NCBI GenBank assembly: GCA_963676565.1
Contig: OY781089.1
Coordinates: 2,112,001-2,176,000 of the forward strand
From: Halarcobacter sp.
GTDB lineage: Bacteria > Campylobacterota > Campylobacteria > Campylobacterales > Arcobacteraceae
Direction of reading: 5' to 3'
Length of the DNA: 64,000 nt
Part shown: positions 60,961 to 64,000 of the stretch, in pieces
Layout of the letters: each line of letters opens with the position of its first letter
Position numbering within the stretch: the stretch's first letter is position 1
Made by a program: the position numbers and the translations under genes
Notes under the pieces: generated by a model
What the model was told of the DNA's origin: nothing
The model's database searches: none
Seen by the model: the letters and a program-made list of their open reading frames with translations, nothing else

Positions 60961-62968
60961 ACCATTATTAATTGAGATTGGTGTTGAAGAATTACCAGCA
61001 ATCCCATTCTTAAAAGAACTACCAAATATTGAAAAAAAATGGGCAAACATACTAGAAAACAATAGATTACTATGCGATTTTGATTTTTTTTATACACCAA
61101 GAAGATTAGTGTTATGGCATAGAGAATTTCAAGTAAAACAAGAAGATTCAGTTGAAGAGATGTTTGGAGCACCTGTTAAAATTGCTTTTAAAGATGGAGA
61201 ACCTACAGGTGCAGCAATTGGTTTTGCAAAGAAATGTGGTGTAGATGTTTCAAAACTAGAAAAAATTGATCAAGGAAGAGGAGAAGTACTATATTTTAAA
61301 AAAGAAGTAGAAGGAACTGATTCTAAAGATTTATTAAATGATATGATTAATGAATTTATCTCTTCGTTAAATTTTGGTAAATCAATGAGATGGGCAAGTA
61401 GAACTGATAGTTTTATAAGACCTATAAGATCTTTATCTATTATGTTAGGTGAAGAGATTGTTGATGGTGAACTTTATGGTGTTAAATCTTCAAACTATTC
61501 ATTTGCACATAGAATGGTTTCTTATGAACCATTTACTTTTGATTTTGCAGGTGATTATTTCTGTAAATTAGATAAAAATGGTGTAGTTTTATATCCAGAT
61601 GAAAGAAGAAAAACTATACTTGATCAAATGAAAAAAATTGAAGAAGAAAATGGTATTAAAATTGAAATAGATACAGAATTACTTGAAGAAGTTGTTGCAA
61701 TTACAGAATACCCAACTGCATTATTGGGAAAATTTGATGAAGAATTCTTATATCTACCAGAAGAAGTAATTGTAACTTCAATGAAAGAACACCAAAGATA
61801 TTTTGCTGTTTATAAAGATGGTAAATTAACAAATAATTTTATTGTTGTATCTAATTCAAAAACTGAAGATTTCTCACAAATTATTGCTGGAAATGAAAAA
61901 GTTTTAAGACCTAGACTTGCAGATGGGATGTTCTTCTGGAAAAATGATATAAAAAATGGTTTATCAAATGAAGGACTTAAAAAACTTGTTTTTGTTGAAG
62001 GTTTAGGTTCAATGTATGAAAAGGTTCAAAGGGAAGCTAAAATAGCTTCTTTTTTAGGTGATATTTTTAATGTACAAGAAAAAGAACTTTTAGAAAAAGC
62101 TGTATATCTTGCAAAAGCAGATTTAATGTCTGAAATGGTTTATGAGTTTACAGAACTTCAAGGACTTATGGGATATTACTATGCAAAAATTGCAGGAGAA
62201 GATGAAAAAGTTTATACTGCAATTAAAGAACAATATTTACCAGATGGTGAAGACTCAGAGTTTCCATCTACAAAGTTCTCATCAATAGTTGCTTTATCAT
62301 ATAAGTTAGATAATCTATTAGGACTATTTTCAGTTGGAAAAATACCTAGTGGTTCAAAAGATCCATTTGGTTTAAGAAGGGCTGCTGCTGGTATTGTAAA
62401 AACTGCGATTGAACACAAGCTTCCAATTGATTTAGGACAAATAATTGATAAATTAAGTTCTGATTATAAAGGTTTAGACAAAGCTCAATTAGTTGAGTTC
62501 TTCAATGAAAGACTATTTAAAATTTTTGATATAAACCCTTCTGTTATTAAAGCAGTTCTTGGAAGTGGTGAAACAGATATTTATGAAATATCTCAAAAAC
62601 TTTGCGCCTTAAACCCTATTGTTTTAAGTGACAACTTTAAAGAATATACAGCAACATTTAAAAGGGTAGCAAACATCATAAAAGATTTAGATGTGTCAAA
62701 TGAGTTAACTATTGATGAATCTTTACTTGAAGATGATGCAGAAAAAGAACTTGTATCAAAATTCAATGAAGTTATCTCAAAAGAGTACTCAAGCTATGAA
62801 GATGAATTAGATGCTTTATTTGCTCTAAAACCACAACTTGATAACTTCTTTGATAATGTATTTGTTAATCATGAAAATGAAGATATAAAAATAAATAGAA
62901 AAAATACTATTGGAAAAGTATACCAAGCATTCAAAAAAATTGCTGATATCAAAGAAATTACTATATAA
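60953..62968 (+). CDS. glyS: glycine--tRNA ligase beta subunit
   Basis: LLIEIGVEELP, TPRRL, HQRYF, EFTELQG, GSKDPFGLRR. Confidence 0.96.
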   Translation: MNKPLLIEIGVEELPAIPFLKELPNIEKKWANILENNRLLCDFDFFYTPRRLVLWHREFQVKQEDSVEEMFGAPVKIAFKDGEPTGAAIGFAKKCGVDVSKLEKIDQGRGEVLYFKKEVEGTDSKDLLNDMINEFISSLNFGKSMRWASRTDSFIRPIRSLSIMLGEEIVDGELYGVKSSNYSFAHRMVSYEPFTFDFAGDYFCKLDKNGVVLYPDERRKTILDQMKKIEEENGIKIEIDTELLEEVVAITEYPTALLGKFDEEFLYLPEEVIVTSMKEHQRYFAVYKDGKLTNNFIVVSNSKTEDFSQIIAGNEKVLRPRLADGMFFWKNDIKNGLSNEGLKKLVFVEGLGSMYEKVQREAKIASFLGDIFNVQEKELLEKAVYLAKADLMSEMVYEFTELQGLMGYYYAKIAGEDEKVYTAIKEQYLPDGEDSEFPSTKFSSIVALSYKLDNLLGLFSVGKIPSGSKDPFGLRRAAAGIVKTAIEHKLPIDLGQIIDKLSSDYKGLDKAQLVEFFNERLFKIFDINPSVIKAVLGSGETDIYEISQKLCALNPIVLSDNFKEYTATFKRVANIIKDLDVSNELTIDESLLEDDAEKELVSKFNEVISKEYSSYEDELDALFALKPQLDNFFDNVFVNHENEDIKINRKNTIGKVYQAFKKIADIKEITI

Positions 62969-62974
62969 ATCTAC

Positions 62975-62999
62975 TTTTAGAGCCTTTTGGGCTCTAAAA
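62975..62999 (+). terminator. intrinsic terminator-like hairpin after glyS
   Basis: ttttagagcc-ttttg-ggctctaaaa. Confidence 0.7.
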
Positions 63000-63077
63000 T
63001 ACTCAAATTAAACCTAAATCAACAATTCTTTAAACTTTTATTTTGTAAAATTTAAAAAATTTTTTAAAGGTATAAAA

Positions 63078-63293
63078 ATGTTTAAATCAATTACTACAAT
63101 TTTAATTACAATATTTGTTCTTAGTGGATGTGCAACATGGAAGGGTGTAAAAAAAGATTCTTCAACTGCATGGGATGCCACAAAGAAAACATCAAAAAAA
63201 GCATGGAGTGCAACAAAAGAGGGTGCTAGTGAAGCTTATGATTCAACAAAAGAAGCTATACATGAAGCTACTGCTGATAAAGAAAGTGAATAA
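63078..63293 (+). CDS. small lipoprotein (entericidin-like N-terminus, 11-mer repeats)
   Basis: Signal peptide with LSGC lipobox; AWDATK, AWSATK, AYDSTK repeats. Confidence 0.8.
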   Translation: MFKSITTILITIFVLSGCATWKGVKKDSSTAWDATKKTSKKAWSATKEGASEAYDSTKEAIHEATADKESE

Positions 63294-63306
63294 TTAAAAC
63301 TAAAAG

Positions 63307-63383
63307 TGGAGCTGGTGAAGGGAGTCGAACCCCCGACCTGCTGATTACAAATCAGCTGCTCTAGCCAACTGAGCTACACCAGC
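63307..63383 (-). tRNA. tRNA-Thr(TGT)
   Basis: GCTGGTGTAGCTCAGTTGG...CTGATTTGTAATCAG...GGTTCGACTCC...CCA. Confidence 0.96.
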
Positions 63384-63559
63384 ACTTTAATGAATTGTTA
63401 CAACCTATCTAATGTATTTAATAATAAAATTAAATTAATTACCTATTCAATAATTCTTTTCAGCATTGATATAAAAAAATGATTTCGATAGGTTGAAACT
63501 AAATTTAGAAGAACAAAAAAGAAAAGTCTGTCCAAACTTGACGATTTCAAGTTTTTACA

Positions 63560-63636
63560 TGGTGTCAAGAGAGAGACTTGAACTCTCGACCTCCGGCTTA
63601 TGAGACCAGCGCTCTAGCCAGCTGAGCTACCTTGAC
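63560..63636 (-). tRNA. tRNA with CAT anticodon, probably elongator Met (Ile2 not excluded)
   Basis: GTCAAGGTAGCTCAGCTGG...CTGGTCTCATAAGCCGG...GTTCAAGTC...CCA with paired 1:72. Confidence 0.9.
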
Positions 63637-63656
63637 CTAAGACTTCTTTTTTGAAT

Positions 63657-63733
<77 letters not shown>

Positions 63734-63753
63734 ACCTAAAAAATACTTAAAAG

Positions 63754-63828
63754 TGGATGGGGTAACAGGATTCGAACCTGTGAATGACGATACCAAAAAC
63801 CGTTGCCTTACCACTTGGCGATACCCCA
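63754..63828 (-). tRNA. tRNA-Gln(TTG)
   Basis: TGGGGTATCGCCAAGTGGTAAGGC-ACGGTTTTTGGTATCGT...GGTTCGAATCC...CCA. Confidence 0.95.
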
Positions 63829-63845
63829 ACTTTTTAAGTGCCGAA

Positions 63846-63874
63846 ATTATAGTGAAATTGTAAATATTTGTCAA
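63846..63874 (-). promoter_or_regulatory. consensus sigma70 promoter of the tRNA operon
   Basis: Minus strand TTGACA-17 nt-TATAAT followed by ttcggcac. Confidence 0.8.
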
Positions 63875-63937
63875 GGGTTTTTAGTAGAAATTTTAAAATT
63901 TTTGATATAATTTAAAAAAACAAATAAAAGAAGTAAA

Positions 63938-64000
63938 ATGGATGCAATACAAAGAGTAAAAGAAGCAATTGAAGAGATTCAAAAAGGTAACATGGTTATC
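63938..64000 (+). CDS. ribB: 3,4-dihydroxy-2-butanone-4-phosphate synthase (RibB/RibBA), 5' fragment
   Basis: MDAIQRVKEAIEEIQKGNMVI resembles the RibB N-terminus; only 21 codons visible; TGaTATAAT upstream. Confidence 0.6.
   Translation, partial: MDAIQRVKEAIEEIQKGNMVI

Noticed and set aside
8482..62418. Many short antisense or overlapping ORFs in the track (e.g. 24173-24628, 43936-44331, 52543-53073, 60759-61172)
   Set aside because: They lie opposite or inside well-supported genes, have F/S/L/I-rich shadow composition and show no motifs.
63401..63495. 9-bp inverted repeat (caacctatc / gataggttg) in the tRNA-Thr/tRNA-Met spacer as a MITE or attachment site
   Set aside because: Single copy, no target duplication and no integrase nearby; more likely precursor-tRNA spacer structure or chance.

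Overview
AT-rich (roughly 27-28% GC by eye) bacterial chromosome segment. Gene content and order suggest Campylobacterota, most likely Arcobacteraceae: dimeric dUTPase, argG/S4/tsaE/lptB block, hemN-argF...hemB-ribA-rsmG block, and many HQWRQPL-type histidine kinases. The backbone is housekeeping (trpB, dnaJ, recR, argG, trpD, tsaE, lptB, kdsB, polA, lgt, hemN, argF, hemB, ribA, rsmG, glyS, four tRNAs, start of ribB) with dense two-component and c-di-GMP signalling. I saw no mobile element, prophage or CRISPR array. The most interesting accessory modules are: (1) a four-gene operon of M20 peptidase, RimK-type ATP-grasp ligase, a divergent ATP-grasp ligase fused to ComEA-type HhH domains, and a cytoplasmic M14 carboxypeptidase, a candidate peptide-tag writer/eraser or amino-acid polymer system; (2) B12 glutamate mutase glmS-glmE-glmL followed by an adenylating enzyme instead of methylaspartate ammonia-lyase; (3) a class III ribonucleotide reductase whose glycyl-radical domain is a separate 52-aa gene missing from the ORF track; (4) an sbtA-sbtB-purK-purE operon linking bicarbonate uptake to purine synthesis; (5) a CydA-like/CydA'-like membrane pair carrying a c-type haem; (6) an HTH-dUTPase fusion. 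All calls come from motif recognition by eye; no searches were run.
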